64,000 nucleotides of DNA, taken from the NCBI GenBank assembly GCA_016203395.1, contig JACQMV010000035.1, positions 415-64,414 of the forward strand, written 5' to 3'. Position 1 is the first letter of the stretch; every line of letters begins with the position of its first letter. The stretch comes from Candidatus Woesearchaeota archaeon. GTDB taxonomy: Archaea > Nanobdellota > Nanobdellia > Woesearchaeales > ARS49. Made by a program: the position numbers and the translations under genes. A model generated the notes under the pieces. It was not told the origin of the DNA, made no database searches, and saw nothing but the letters and a program-made list of their open reading frames with translations. Shown here piece after piece: positions 46,218 through 55,372 of this stretch.

Positions 46218-47396
46218 TCCGGGATCAACTGATAACTGTTTGCGAAAGCTAAGCCAAGAGTCCTTTGCTGAGACCCTGTCAGTTCCACCAACCATTGCAA
46301 AGAACTTATACGTGCTTATCCCGCTCTGATGAGACATTGATAATAATACTGCTCCTGCTGATTCAAGCTTGCCTATAACCTCCTTTGAGCTTTTTGCACG
46401 AATTTCTCCAGAACCAAGATAAACATACCTGCCAAGCACAGGAATGATATAGTCCGCAAGTATGTATGCAGGAGATGCGGCTGTAAGCCGAACATTAGCG
46501 TCAATAATATAATACTCGCCGTCATTACCATGAAGCACATCAAACCCTACAAAACCAACATAACCATGATTCGCAACTGACTTTGCTGCTGAAAAACCAA
46601 TACTTAACAGGTCTTTGTTTGGCATGTCTTTGAGATGACAAAGAACGCCTTCAAATTCTCCTTTTGAGGAGGTGTCTTGCTCTGAATACCCAACATAATG
46701 AATGCTGCTATCTGAATTAATAAAAAACTGAATACCGAAATTTGCTTTTGCTGAAATATATTGCTCCACCAGATAGCATGCTTTTTCCTTGACAAAGCCA
46801 TCTATCATACTCAAATCATGCACGATAAGCACACCATCCCCGGAAGAGCCAGTATCTTTCTTTATAACAAACGGAGGGCTCCACGCGCCGCTTCCACTAC
46901 ACAAACCACATAGTTCATCAAGAGAAAAAACCTGACGAGCAGGGATATTACCTGAAATCTTATGCAACAGCGCTTTGTTGTTCAAAGCAAATAAGGTCTC
47001 CGGAGCCACAACATACTGCGATGGATTGATAGCTCCGTAAGGATAAAGCACAAACAATGATGAAGAAGGAAGAGCATGAATGACATTCAAATACGCGCCA
47101 GGATCTGAATTATCATATAAAAGCAATTTACCGCTAAACTCCAACTTGAAAATAGAACGCAGATAATCCAGCTGAATAGGTGGTGCTTGCAAGGGCATTA
47201 AAAAACCCGCCCCGATAGACAAGACAGCAGCTGCAAAACGCATTGTCTCTGCAACAATAGTCTGATCACTATAGTTATTCTCAACAAAGGCATAAGTGTT
47301 ATTGTCCTTTCCGCTTTTTAGTTCAGGGTATTTTGTAAAAAAATGCTTGTTCCTGACACAGTCAATTATACCTGCTTTTGTACTTTGCGAAACCAT
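46212..47396 (-). CDS. ATP-grasp domain protein (substrate unknown)
   Basis: PFVIKKDTGSSGDGV is a Gly-rich ATP-grasp loop. LVEQYI. YYIIDANVRL. 394 aa. Confidence 0.55.
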   Translation of the reverse strand: MVSQSTKAGIIDCVRNKHFFTKYPELKSGKDNNTYAFVENNYSDQTIVAETMRFAAAVLSIGAGFLMPLQAPPIQLDYLRSIFKLEFSGKLLLYDNSDPGAYLNVIHALPSSSLFVLYPYGAINPSQYVVAPETLFALNNKALLHKISGNIPARQVFSLDELCGLCSGSGAWSPPFVIKKDTGSSGDGVLIVHDLSMIDGFVKEKACYLVEQYISAKANFGIQFFINSDSSIHYVGYSEQDTSSKGEFEGVLCHLKDMPNKDLLSIGFSAAKSVANHGYVGFVGFDVLHGNDGEYYIIDANVRLTAASPAYILADYIIPVLGRYVYLGSGEIRAKSSKEVIGKLESAGAVLLSMSHQSGISTYKFFAMVGGTDRVSAKDSWLSFRKQLSVDPGL

Positions 47397-47505
47397 GCTT
47401 GTTTATTATGTTTGCAACTTTAATAGATGATGACCAGAATAAAACAAAATAACACAAATATGTCTGAAATAGAACATTTACGTAATATTTATAAACCTGC
47501 CTTAT

Positions 47506-48156
47506 TTGGAAGGCATTATGAACGCATCCACCGCAGAACTGACTACTGAATACATAAATGAGCACCCTGATCTAAAACGATGCCTGAAAAAAGGCGTGAT
47601 AAACTATTCTGCATTAGCAAGACGGATATCTATTGAATTAGCCATGACTAAAAAAACGTCTAAAGAAGCAATACTGATTGCCACCAGAAGATTTTATGAA
47701 AAACTAAAAAATGAAGCAAGCCATGAAGAACTGATTAAAAAAATAATTCATAACTCCGAACTTGAAATTAAGAACAAGACTGCAGTAGTAATACTTGAAA
47801 AAAACGCGAAAACTGAAGAACTTATTGAAATTCATAAACTTGTTAGAAAGGACTCAGGCACATTTATCCTTCTTGAAGGATCTGCGAGCGTAACAATAAT
47901 AATTCCAGAGAAACACTTAAAACTTTTGACAGAAAAATATCGCGATGCAATCTTAAAATGCCATTCAAATCTCGCTTTGATAAACATAAAGTCATCCGCG
48001 ACAATAGAACGCACTGTCGGAGTGATTTCATACCTCACAGATCTTTTTGCAGAACACGGAATAAATATTGTTGAGTTACTTTCCTGCTGGAAAGACAATA
48101 TATTTGTGATAGCAACAACAGACGTTGAAAAGACAATGAAGTTTCTAAGATTCTAG
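47506..48156 (+). CDS. Putative regulatory protein with C-terminal ACT-like domain; paralog of 53947..54618
   Basis: The C-terminus RTVGVISYLTDLFAEHGINIVELLSCWKDNIFVIATTD resembles aspartate-kinase ACT repeats. It aligns with HVPGLTYSILKQLAIMNISLIEIVSAFYEVMLVISKKD of the other copy. Confidence 0.4.
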   Translation: MEGIMNASTAELTTEYINEHPDLKRCLKKGVINYSALARRISIELAMTKKTSKEAILIATRRFYEKLKNEASHEELIKKIIHNSELEIKNKTAVVILEKNAKTEELIEIHKLVRKDSGTFILLEGSASVTIIIPEKHLKLLTEKYRDAILKCHSNLALINIKSSATIERTVGVISYLTDLFAEHGINIVELLSCWKDNIFVIATTDVEKTMKFLRF

Positions 48157-48759
48157 CAACTTCATAAACTTCTTTTTATCTCTGCCTTTTACTTCCTTAC
48201 CCCAAAGAACGAACAATCTGTTAATCCTGCTCCAACACTCTTTGGGCGCGATTTTCATCAAAGCAAGCTCAGTCTGATGTGGAGTATTTGTATTGACAAA
48301 GCCGAGAACATTGCTTATACGATGAACATGCGTATCCACAGTGATTCCGGGCTTTTTATAAACTTCTGCCAAAACAAGATTGGCTGTTTTTCTTCCAACA
48401 CCGGGAATTTGGGTTAATTGCCCAATATTATCAGGAATCTTTTCCCTGAACTCGTTCACTAGCTTTTTTGCTGCAGCTATTACATTTTTTGTCTTAGTTT
48501 TATTATAGTTTATACTCTTCAGAATACGAAAAACCTTGGCGTAAGATGCATTTGCCAAAGCACTTAGTGTGCGAAACTCCCTAAACAAAGATTCTGCAAC
48601 AGGAATTGTTGTTTCATCCCTGCTCTGCGCAGAAAGAATTGTTGTTATAAGTGTCTGCCATCCATGAGCCCATGAATCTCCTGCCAAACGCTTAGTGCTT
48701 TTACCATACCTTTTTTCTGCCAAACCTAAAATTTTGAGAAAGTATTTACGCTTGTTCAT
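48145..48759 (-). CDS. HhH-GPD DNA glycosylase (endonuclease III-like) lacking the C-terminal 4Fe-4S cysteine cluster
   Basis: LITTILSAQSRDETT. HhH IPGVGRKTANLVL. VDTHVHRIS. No C-x6-C-x2-C-x5-C at the C-terminus. Start chosen at MNKRKYF, ATG 48759. Confidence 0.65.
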   Translation of the reverse strand: MNKRKYFLKILGLAEKRYGKSTKRLAGDSWAHGWQTLITTILSAQSRDETTIPVAESLFREFRTLSALANASYAKVFRILKSINYNKTKTKNVIAAAKKLVNEFREKIPDNIGQLTQIPGVGRKTANLVLAEVYKKPGITVDTHVHRISNVLGFVNTNTPHQTELALMKIAPKECWSRINRLFVLWGKEVKGRDKKKFMKLLES

Positions 48760-48766
48760 TTGAAAA

Positions 48767-49285
48767 TCATTTCCTAAACGAAGAGCTCCCAAAAAATTCA
48801 TACACAAAAATCCAGAAACCAATTGTGAAAACCGAGAGCGCAATAGTATACCCGCCGAATGCGCTAATTACTTGTCCTGTAATTAGTTCCCGCACGTTTT
48901 CTACAATCAGCAAAAGTTCGTGAAGAACAGAAAAAAGAATACTATAATGAAGGTACAACAAAGCACCTGACGAACGTTTTAAAGTAAGAGTCTTCAATGA
49001 AAAATCAAGAAGAGCAATAGATGCAATAACGCCTGAAATTACAATAAACCAATCAAACAAAGAAGCTTTAGCAGATACAAAAAATGCATCATACATGCCT
49101 TCCTGTGGAGCTAATTTTTCAAAAACAAAACCGATAAACTCCGCGAAGTTTACAATAAACATTATAGATGCCAAAACAACAAAAACAATAGCAAAAGCAA
49201 CAACCCCTTTTGATATCTTCATGAAATCAGTGCTGAAAAACCAATATAAGAAACATTGCAAGAACTGGACAGTAATAATAATCAA
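48767..49285 (-). CDS. Multi-pass membrane protein, hypothetical
   Basis: Four or five hydrophobic helices (VVAFAIVFVVLASIMFIVNF; FIVISGVIASIALLDF; ALSVFTIGFWIFVYEFF). Confidence 0.45.
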   Translation of the reverse strand: MIIITVQFLQCFLYWFFSTDFMKISKGVVAFAIVFVVLASIMFIVNFAEFIGFVFEKLAPQEGMYDAFFVSAKASLFDWFIVISGVIASIALLDFSLKTLTLKRSSGALLYLHYSILFSVLHELLLIVENVRELITGQVISAFGGYTIALSVFTIGFWIFVYEFFGSSSFRK

Positions 49286-49319
49286 ATGTGCCCGTTATCA
49301 AAGAGTGTGTAATCCTTTC

Positions 49320-49620
49320 CCAGACCTGCTAATACTTATAAAAGAAGTTGTTGTTTTTCTACAGCCATTGTGGCTTGACTGGTAGTTTAAATGTGTCTTT
49401 TCTTGTTGTCACACCAAGCCCTTACCTTTTGTTTGCAACAGTAGCGCAACAGGGCACGAACTGATGTGTTGCTCATGACAATAAAAAAGGTTAATTGCAT
49501 TAAAGTTCCAGTCAGAGCACAATAGCTGCATGGCAAATACTTTATTTGCCAAGAGGATTTTTAGCAAGAGCCACAGGACAAAAACCAAGCAGCATGCTCA
49601 AAATAGTGCATGGCAATCGC
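49320..49620 (-). repeat. Dispersed modular intergenic repeat, copy D (reverse orientation)
   Basis: ctacagccattgtggcttgactgg...caagcccttaccttttgtttgcaacagtagcgcaacaggg...ttgtcatgagcaac...aattgcattaaagttccagtcagagcacaat is the reverse complement of modules 3 and 2. It is followed by gaggatttttagcaagagccacagg. Confidence 0.65.
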
Positions 49621-49654
49621 CATGTTTAAATAGGAGAATATCGGAACCAGTGAC

Positions 49655-50488
49655 ATGGCTGCAAGTATTAAACAACTACATCTAATTGCTAATACAATCA
49701 GGCAGGACATAATAAAAATGCTTGCTAACGCTGGTTCAGGACACAGTGCAGGACCATTAGGAATGGCAGATGTGTTCACTGCACTGTATTTTTCAGTGCT
49801 AAAACATCAGCCGAAACACCCTAACTGGGAGAATAGAGACATTCTTGTGCTGAGCAACGGTCACATATGCCCTGTATTGTATGCGACCTTATCACATGCA
49901 GGTTACTTTCCGAAAGAAATGCTGATGACACTAAGAAAACTCGGTTCATCACTCCAAGGACACCCACACAGAGGAACATTGCCAGGAATAGAAACAACAT
50001 CCGGACCTTTAGGAAGCGGTCTATCACAAGGAATAGGAATGGCTCTCGCACTAAAAATAGACAAAAGAAAAAACAGAGTGTTTGTGCTGACAAGCGATGG
50101 AGAACATGAGGAAGGAAATACGTGGGAAGCAATCATGCTTGCACCAAAATACAAACTAACAAATCTAACAGTGCTTGTTGACAGAAACTACATACAAATA
50201 GATGGAAACACAGAAGACATATGCCCTCTGGAATCACTAAAAAAGAAATACGAAGCATTCAACTGGCTGGCTGAAGAAATAAACGGAAATGACCCCGGTG
50301 CAATTATAAAAGCATGCAACAAAAAGAACACAAAGCCAACAGCAATAATCTGCAAAACCACTCCTGGAAAAGGCGTAAGCTTCATGGAAGGAAAATACGA
50401 ATGGCATGGAAAACCACCAAAACCAGAAGAAGCACAAAAAGCCCTGAAAGAACTCCAGATGCAAAGGAGGAAGCTAGAGAATGACTGA
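49655..50488 (+). CDS. tktA: Transketolase, N-terminal (TPP pyrophosphate-binding) subunit
   Basis: GHSAGPLGMADVF. GHPHRG. SGPLGSGLSQGIGMALA. TSDGEHEEGNTWEA. These match split archaeal TktN. Confidence 0.8.
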   Translation: MAASIKQLHLIANTIRQDIIKMLANAGSGHSAGPLGMADVFTALYFSVLKHQPKHPNWENRDILVLSNGHICPVLYATLSHAGYFPKEMLMTLRKLGSSLQGHPHRGTLPGIETTSGPLGSGLSQGIGMALALKIDKRKNRVFVLTSDGEHEEGNTWEAIMLAPKYKLTNLTVLVDRNYIQIDGNTEDICPLESLKKKYEAFNWLAEEINGNDPGAIIKACNKKNTKPTAIICKTTPGKGVSFMEGKYEWHGKPPKPEEAQKALKELQMQRRKLEND

Positions 50489-51719
50489 ACTCCCGACAAG
50501 AGACGGATATGGCAAAGGACTGCTAAAATTAGGAGCAAAAAACAAAAACATAGTAGTCCTGACAGCAGACCTAGCAGAATCAACAAGAGCCCACTGGTTT
50601 CAAGAAAAATATCCTGAAAGATTCTTTGACGTTGGTGTAGCAGAACAAAACATGATAACAATCGCAGCAGGAATGGCAGCAATGGGAAAAATACCCTACG
50701 CATCAAGCTATGCTACATTCTCACCGGGAAGAAACTGGGAACAAATAAGAACAACAATATGCTACAATAACGTTCCTGTAAAAATCGCAGGATGCCACGC
50801 AGGTGTATCAGTAGGACCAGATGGCGCAACACACCAAGCAACAGAAGACATCGCAATGATGCGAGCACTGCCAAACATGACAGTAATAGTGCCGTGCGAT
50901 GCGATAGAAGCAGAAAAAGCAACAATAGCAGCAGAAAAAACAGGACCAACATATCTACGTTTTGGAAGAGAAAAAACACCTTTGATAACAAACAACAAAA
51001 CACCCTTTACAATAGGAAAATCACTCACAATGAAGGAGGGCAATGATGTAGCAATAATAGCATGCGGTATAGTAGTGTGCGAGGCAATAAAAGCAGCTGA
51101 AGCACTACAAAAAAGCAATATTAATGCGATGGTAATCAACAGCCCGAGCATAAAACCATTAGATAAAAAAACAATACTTAAAGCTGCAAAAAACGCAGGA
51201 GCAATAGTGACTGTAGAAGAACACCAAATCATCGGCGGCTTAGGCAGTGCAGTTGCTGAATTCCTGTCAGAAAACTATACAGTTCCAATAATACGAGTAG
51301 GAATAAATGACAGGTTTGGAGAATCAGGAAAGCCAGAAGAACTAATGGCAAAATACGGACTCAATGCAATACACATTGAAAAAGCAGCAGCAAAAGCAAT
51401 AATGACAAAAGCCAGAACACAAGAACTAAGCACAGAATACAGAAACATACTCTCACAAGTACAACCAGAACATGCATTCCACTTCAAAACAGGACAAGTT
51501 GCAAGAAGCATACCTGAAATGGCAGAAACACTTGAAAAAATCCCTCAGGAAGAATTCAGCCACCATGTGAACGAACACAAAAATGACATCTGCCAATGGG
51601 TAAAAGACATATACGACGACGAAATACTTACGCATTTATTAACTGTGCACACAACAAAAGAGGAAATGACCGAAATCCTTAAAATGCGAGTAGCATTTTT
51701 ACAGAGAAAAGTATGGTAA
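50481..51719 (+). CDS. tktB: Transketolase, C-terminal (pyrimidine-binding) subunit with an approximately 100-aa C-terminal extension
   Basis: TRDGYGKGLLKLG. FFDVGVAEQNMITIAAGMA. AGCHAGVSVGPDGATHQATEDIAMMRALPNMTV. The tail (...HFKTGQVARSIPEMAETLEKIPQEEFSHHVNEHKNDICQWVKDIYDDEILTHLL...) is unassigned. 8-nt overlap with the N-subunit gene. Confidence 0.75.
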   Translation: MTELPTRDGYGKGLLKLGAKNKNIVVLTADLAESTRAHWFQEKYPERFFDVGVAEQNMITIAAGMAAMGKIPYASSYATFSPGRNWEQIRTTICYNNVPVKIAGCHAGVSVGPDGATHQATEDIAMMRALPNMTVIVPCDAIEAEKATIAAEKTGPTYLRFGREKTPLITNNKTPFTIGKSLTMKEGNDVAIIACGIVVCEAIKAAEALQKSNINAMVINSPSIKPLDKKTILKAAKNAGAIVTVEEHQIIGGLGSAVAEFLSENYTVPIIRVGINDRFGESGKPEELMAKYGLNAIHIEKAAAKAIMTKARTQELSTEYRNILSQVQPEHAFHFKTGQVARSIPEMAETLEKIPQEEFSHHVNEHKNDICQWVKDIYDDEILTHLLTVHTTKEEMTEILKMRVAFLQRKVW

Positions 51720-52699
51720 ACATAATATTTACAGAAGTAGAGGACTGGGCAAAAGAATACATAAAAAACAAGCTAGCCACTCACACAATAGAATTTATTG
51801 ACGGAATACTAACAGAAAAGAACGCAACAAAAGCAAAAAATGCAGAAATCCTCGCCCCATTCGTGGGAAGCACAATAAACGAGAAAGTAATAACTGCTAT
51901 ACCTCAACTAAGACTAATTGCAACACAAAGCACTGGCTTTGACCACATAGATGTAAAAGAAGCACAAAGAAAAGGAATAACAGTAAGCAACGTTCCTGCA
52001 TACGGCGACAACACAGTAGCACAGCACGCATGGGCACTTGTGCTATGCATAAGCAAAAAAATAATTGAAGGAGTGCAAAGCACGAAAAAAGGCAACTTCA
52101 ATCCAGTGCCTTACAGAGGTTTTGACCTTAAGAACAAAACAATAGGCGTGATAGGAACAGGCAGAATAGGCATTTCACTCATAAGACAAGCAAAGGGCTT
52201 TGACATGAATGTGCTCGCTTATGACGTGTTCAAAAACGAAAAAGCAAGCCAGGAACTCGGATTTCCATATGTAGAACTTGACGAACTCTTTACAAAATCA
52301 GACATAATAAGCATTCATGTGCCATTACTGCCAACAACAAAACACCTGATAAACAAAGAAACACTGAAAAAACTAAAACAAGGAGTAGTCATAATAAACA
52401 CTTCCAGAGGAGGAATAATACAAACAAGCGCACTGATAGAAGGAATAAAACAAGGAATAATCGGAGCAGCAGGACTTGATGTACTTGAAATAGAACACGA
52501 AATCAAAAACCACAAAATACCAAAAACCGGAAGCGAATTAATAAACGAAATAAACGAACTACTAACATTACCAAATGTGTATGTAACCCCACACAATGCA
52601 TACAACACAAAAGAAGCAATACTCAGAATAATAGACACAACAATAGACAACATAAACGCATTTCTAGCAGGAAAAACACAAAACAGTGTGAAAGGATAG
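51713..52699 (+). CDS. D-isomer-specific 2-hydroxyacid dehydrogenase family (for example phosphoglycerate DH or glyoxylate reductase-like)
   Basis: NAD-binding IGVIGTGRIGISLIRQAKGFDMNVLAYD. Catalytic region LHVPLLPTTKHLIN...TSRGGII. Confidence 0.65.
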   Translation: MVNIIFTEVEDWAKEYIKNKLATHTIEFIDGILTEKNATKAKNAEILAPFVGSTINEKVITAIPQLRLIATQSTGFDHIDVKEAQRKGITVSNVPAYGDNTVAQHAWALVLCISKKIIEGVQSTKKGNFNPVPYRGFDLKNKTIGVIGTGRIGISLIRQAKGFDMNVLAYDVFKNEKASQELGFPYVELDELFTKSDIISIHVPLLPTTKHLINKETLKKLKQGVVIINTSRGGIIQTSALIEGIKQGIIGAAGLDVLEIEHEIKNHKIPKTGSELINEINELLTLPNVYVTPHNAYNTKEAILRIIDTTIDNINAFLAGKTQNSVKG

Positions 52700-52728
52700 C
52701 TAAGCTTTCAACTCAAACATTTTGAATT

Positions 52729-53889
52729 CTAAAACAAGCGTCGCCTAATGAACAGAACGAAAGCCCCGAGAACCAGAACAATCCCTGCAAAGATACCAAA
52801 TAAAGAACTCCTCGGAAACGTATTAACAAGCCATCCCATAAGCCAAGGATTGAAAACAAACAAGATACTAAGCACCGTCTGCCTTCCTGACAATACAGAT
52901 GCGCGTAATCTGGAAGGAATATGCTTGTGTATCGCATCCCCATCAACATACACCCAAAGCTGATGAATTAACAAGAGAACATAAGAAAAAATAATAACAA
53001 AAAACAAAGAATCAGAGCCCAAAAACAGCCATGAGGATGCTTCAAGAATAACAATGAATGCAAACAAAGAAAAATGAGAAAACCGCTTTAACAACAAAGG
53101 CAAAAACAAGCCGCCAATGGCTGAAAAAAGAATCTTAAACGAACTATACAATCCGAGCATGACAACTGGCAGAGAAAGACCTACAAGAATCGGCTGACTG
53201 GCATTATACCATGCTTCTTCAAAAAAGAATAAAGGAACATACAGCAAGAGCAATGATTTAATCACCGGAGTGGAAAAAACAAGCAAAACCCCCTCTTTGA
53301 AATGACTGAAAAGCCCTGCTCTTCCTGACGAATATTTTGGTTCTTTAAGAAACAACAAAGACAAAAAACCCAGAACAGCCGAGATTATAGTTAGCCAGTA
53401 TGGAAGAACCGCGCTTGTTTTATAAAAAACAGAACCAAGAGCAACAGAAACAACACTGCCAATAGCACCAACAGCATCAAGACGACCAAGAATCACAGAA
53501 TTCAACTTATGAGACTTAACAGATTTCAGCAAATCAAAAATCAGCGCTTCTCTTGCGCCGGAAGTAAATGCCCATGATGCGCCATTAAGCAGCGCAGACA
53601 CAAAAAAACCAGTGACAGAAAAAGAATAAATCTCAACAAGAAAAGACAAAACAGAAAAGGCAATTGCTATCAGCAGACTATTCTTTCTTCCATACCTGTC
53701 AGCAAAAATGCCAGAAGGATACTCTAAAAGCACAGAAGCAATATACGTTCCAGTAGAAACAAACCCTATGTCTACAAGAGTGAGCCCTCTTGACTGAAAA
53801 AATAAAATCCAGATAGGCAGAACAAACATAGAACGCATAAAAAACTCAGTGAGATACAAAGGAAGAAGTGTTTTCCAAAGCATAACCAA
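52729..53889 (-). CDS. MFS-type transporter
   Basis: About 12 predicted hydrophobic helices. The MFS-like motif GIFADRYGRKNSLLIAI resembles G-x3-D-R-x-G-R-R. Confidence 0.6.
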   Translation of the reverse strand: MVMLWKTLLPLYLTEFFMRSMFVLPIWILFFQSRGLTLVDIGFVSTGTYIASVLLEYPSGIFADRYGRKNSLLIAIAFSVLSFLVEIYSFSVTGFFVSALLNGASWAFTSGAREALIFDLLKSVKSHKLNSVILGRLDAVGAIGSVVSVALGSVFYKTSAVLPYWLTIISAVLGFLSLLFLKEPKYSSGRAGLFSHFKEGVLLVFSTPVIKSLLLLYVPLFFFEEAWYNASQPILVGLSLPVVMLGLYSSFKILFSAIGGLFLPLLLKRFSHFSLFAFIVILEASSWLFLGSDSLFFVIIFSYVLLLIHQLWVYVDGDAIHKHIPSRLRASVLSGRQTVLSILFVFNPWLMGWLVNTFPRSSLFGIFAGIVLVLGAFVLFIRRRLF

Positions 53890-53946
53890 ATACTCGCATG
53901 CTATTATAAGAATGTTTCACTTTCTTTCTGCTACGGGCTTACATTT

Positions 53947-54618
53947 TTAAGAACTTTCAATGAAGCTCTGCAGGGCCTGATAGCCCTTTGTAGCATCCTT
54001 CTTACTTATAACCAACATTACCTCGTAGAATGCAGACACTATCTCAATCAGAGAAATATTCATTATTGCAAGCTGCTTAAGAATTGAGTAAGTCAACCCG
54101 GGAACATGCTGATAGTCTCTCATAAACCTAACAACAATTGCAACAAGCCCTCTTTCAAAATTAAGAAGTTTTTCATCATGCAAAATCTCAAGAACCTGCT
54201 TCTCATACCTCTCATTAATCAGAATCCTGATTTCATTGTTAGCATGCATTATGTTTAAAGTATCCCCGCTATTAATATCCACCAAAGATTCTATCCTGCT
54301 AAGCTTTGGCAGAATTTCTGTATTTTTTCTCACGATAATATTGCATAACCCATTCTTCATAACAAGCTCTGAATCATGCAAAGAAGGAATACTAACACTG
54401 CCAAGCTTTTGCTGCTCCATTCTGCGCAAAGCCATAGCAATAGTTGTTGACTTAATCTTCCTTCCTAATTCCTTCTCAACTTCAGACTGCAGTGCCTCGC
54501 TAAGATTTCCATAATGAATAAACCCTTTGTTTAGATACTCCCCTAATAAAAGCCGCTCTTCAACCAAATGCCTCACAGAGTCAGCAATTGAAACCATTCT
54601 AAATCTCCAATAACCCAT
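53947..54618 (-). CDS. Putative regulatory protein with C-terminal ACT-like domain; paralog of 47506..48156
   Basis: See 47506..48156. Same length class, 223 vs 216 aa. Confidence 0.35.
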   Translation of the reverse strand: MGYWRFRMVSIADSVRHLVEERLLLGEYLNKGFIHYGNLSEALQSEVEKELGRKIKSTTIAMALRRMEQQKLGSVSIPSLHDSELVMKNGLCNIIVRKNTEILPKLSRIESLVDINSGDTLNIMHANNEIRILINERYEKQVLEILHDEKLLNFERGLVAIVVRFMRDYQHVPGLTYSILKQLAIMNISLIEIVSAFYEVMLVISKKDATKGYQALQSFIESS

Positions 54619-54655
54619 TAAATACTACCTCCTTTATAAGCATTAGTGTAACGAT

Positions 54656-55372
54656 TCATTGCGAGACTCTCCCGCAAAAGCTTAGCTTCATCTGAACATC
54701 TGCATTCTGAATAGCATTAATCGCCTTGCTTTTGTCCTTTGCCATAGTAAATTCCCATGCAGCAAAAAATGCAGGAGCAGCAATTATTGCAGCAAAAGGA
54801 CCCAACACAAGATATTCTACAGTAGTTGCAATTCCAGTTCCTGCAAGCTGGAACGCTCTATGGACTTTTTCACCCCCAAGCTGACACGCCTTCAAAATCT
54901 CCTCGTAGTTCTTAATGATTAAATCATCAATAGTAATAACCACTGAATCAAGCTGTAAACTGCTGTTTGAAACAGGAATTACTGTCCCAGTATCATCTGT
55001 TACCCGCGCATAAGAATCACTTTGGAAGCTAAACCTTGCTTGTTCACACACAACATAAAACGGCGGCCTTAATGAATGATTGTTGATGCTGACACACCGG
55101 GAGTTCTCCTGAATAAGACGCTTTGTATTATCCATGCTTTCAGACAATTGCTTCAAGCTCAAGCTATTTATCCATGGAATTATTCCTGAAACACCACGAA
55201 TTTGCTGAACATCATCCTCGCAAGTGCCGTAAAACCCATTCTGAACTTCTATACTCTTTGAATTAGCACTGGCATCCACAATAATGAATCCCTGTCGGGG
55301 AGGAGAAGTATATGTTTCTGAAATCCTTGATTTCACTTGAGCATAATCAGGAAAGTAAACCATGCTATTCAA
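54656..55372 (-). CDS. Hypothetical protein with C-terminal transmembrane helix, last gene of the E1/JAB cluster
   Basis: C-terminal hydrophobic helix VLGPFAAIIAAPAFFAAWEF. 4-nt overlap with the upstream coiled-coil gene. Confidence 0.4.
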   Translation of the reverse strand: MNSMVYFPDYAQVKSRISETYTSPPRQGFIIVDASANSKSIEVQNGFYGTCEDDVQQIRGVSGIIPWINSLSLKQLSESMDNTKRLIQENSRCVSINNHSLRPPFYVVCEQARFSFQSDSYARVTDDTGTVIPVSNSSLQLDSVVITIDDLIIKNYEEILKACQLGGEKVHRAFQLAGTGIATTVEYLVLGPFAAIIAAPAFFAAWEFTMAKDKSKAINAIQNADVQMKLSFCGRVSQ

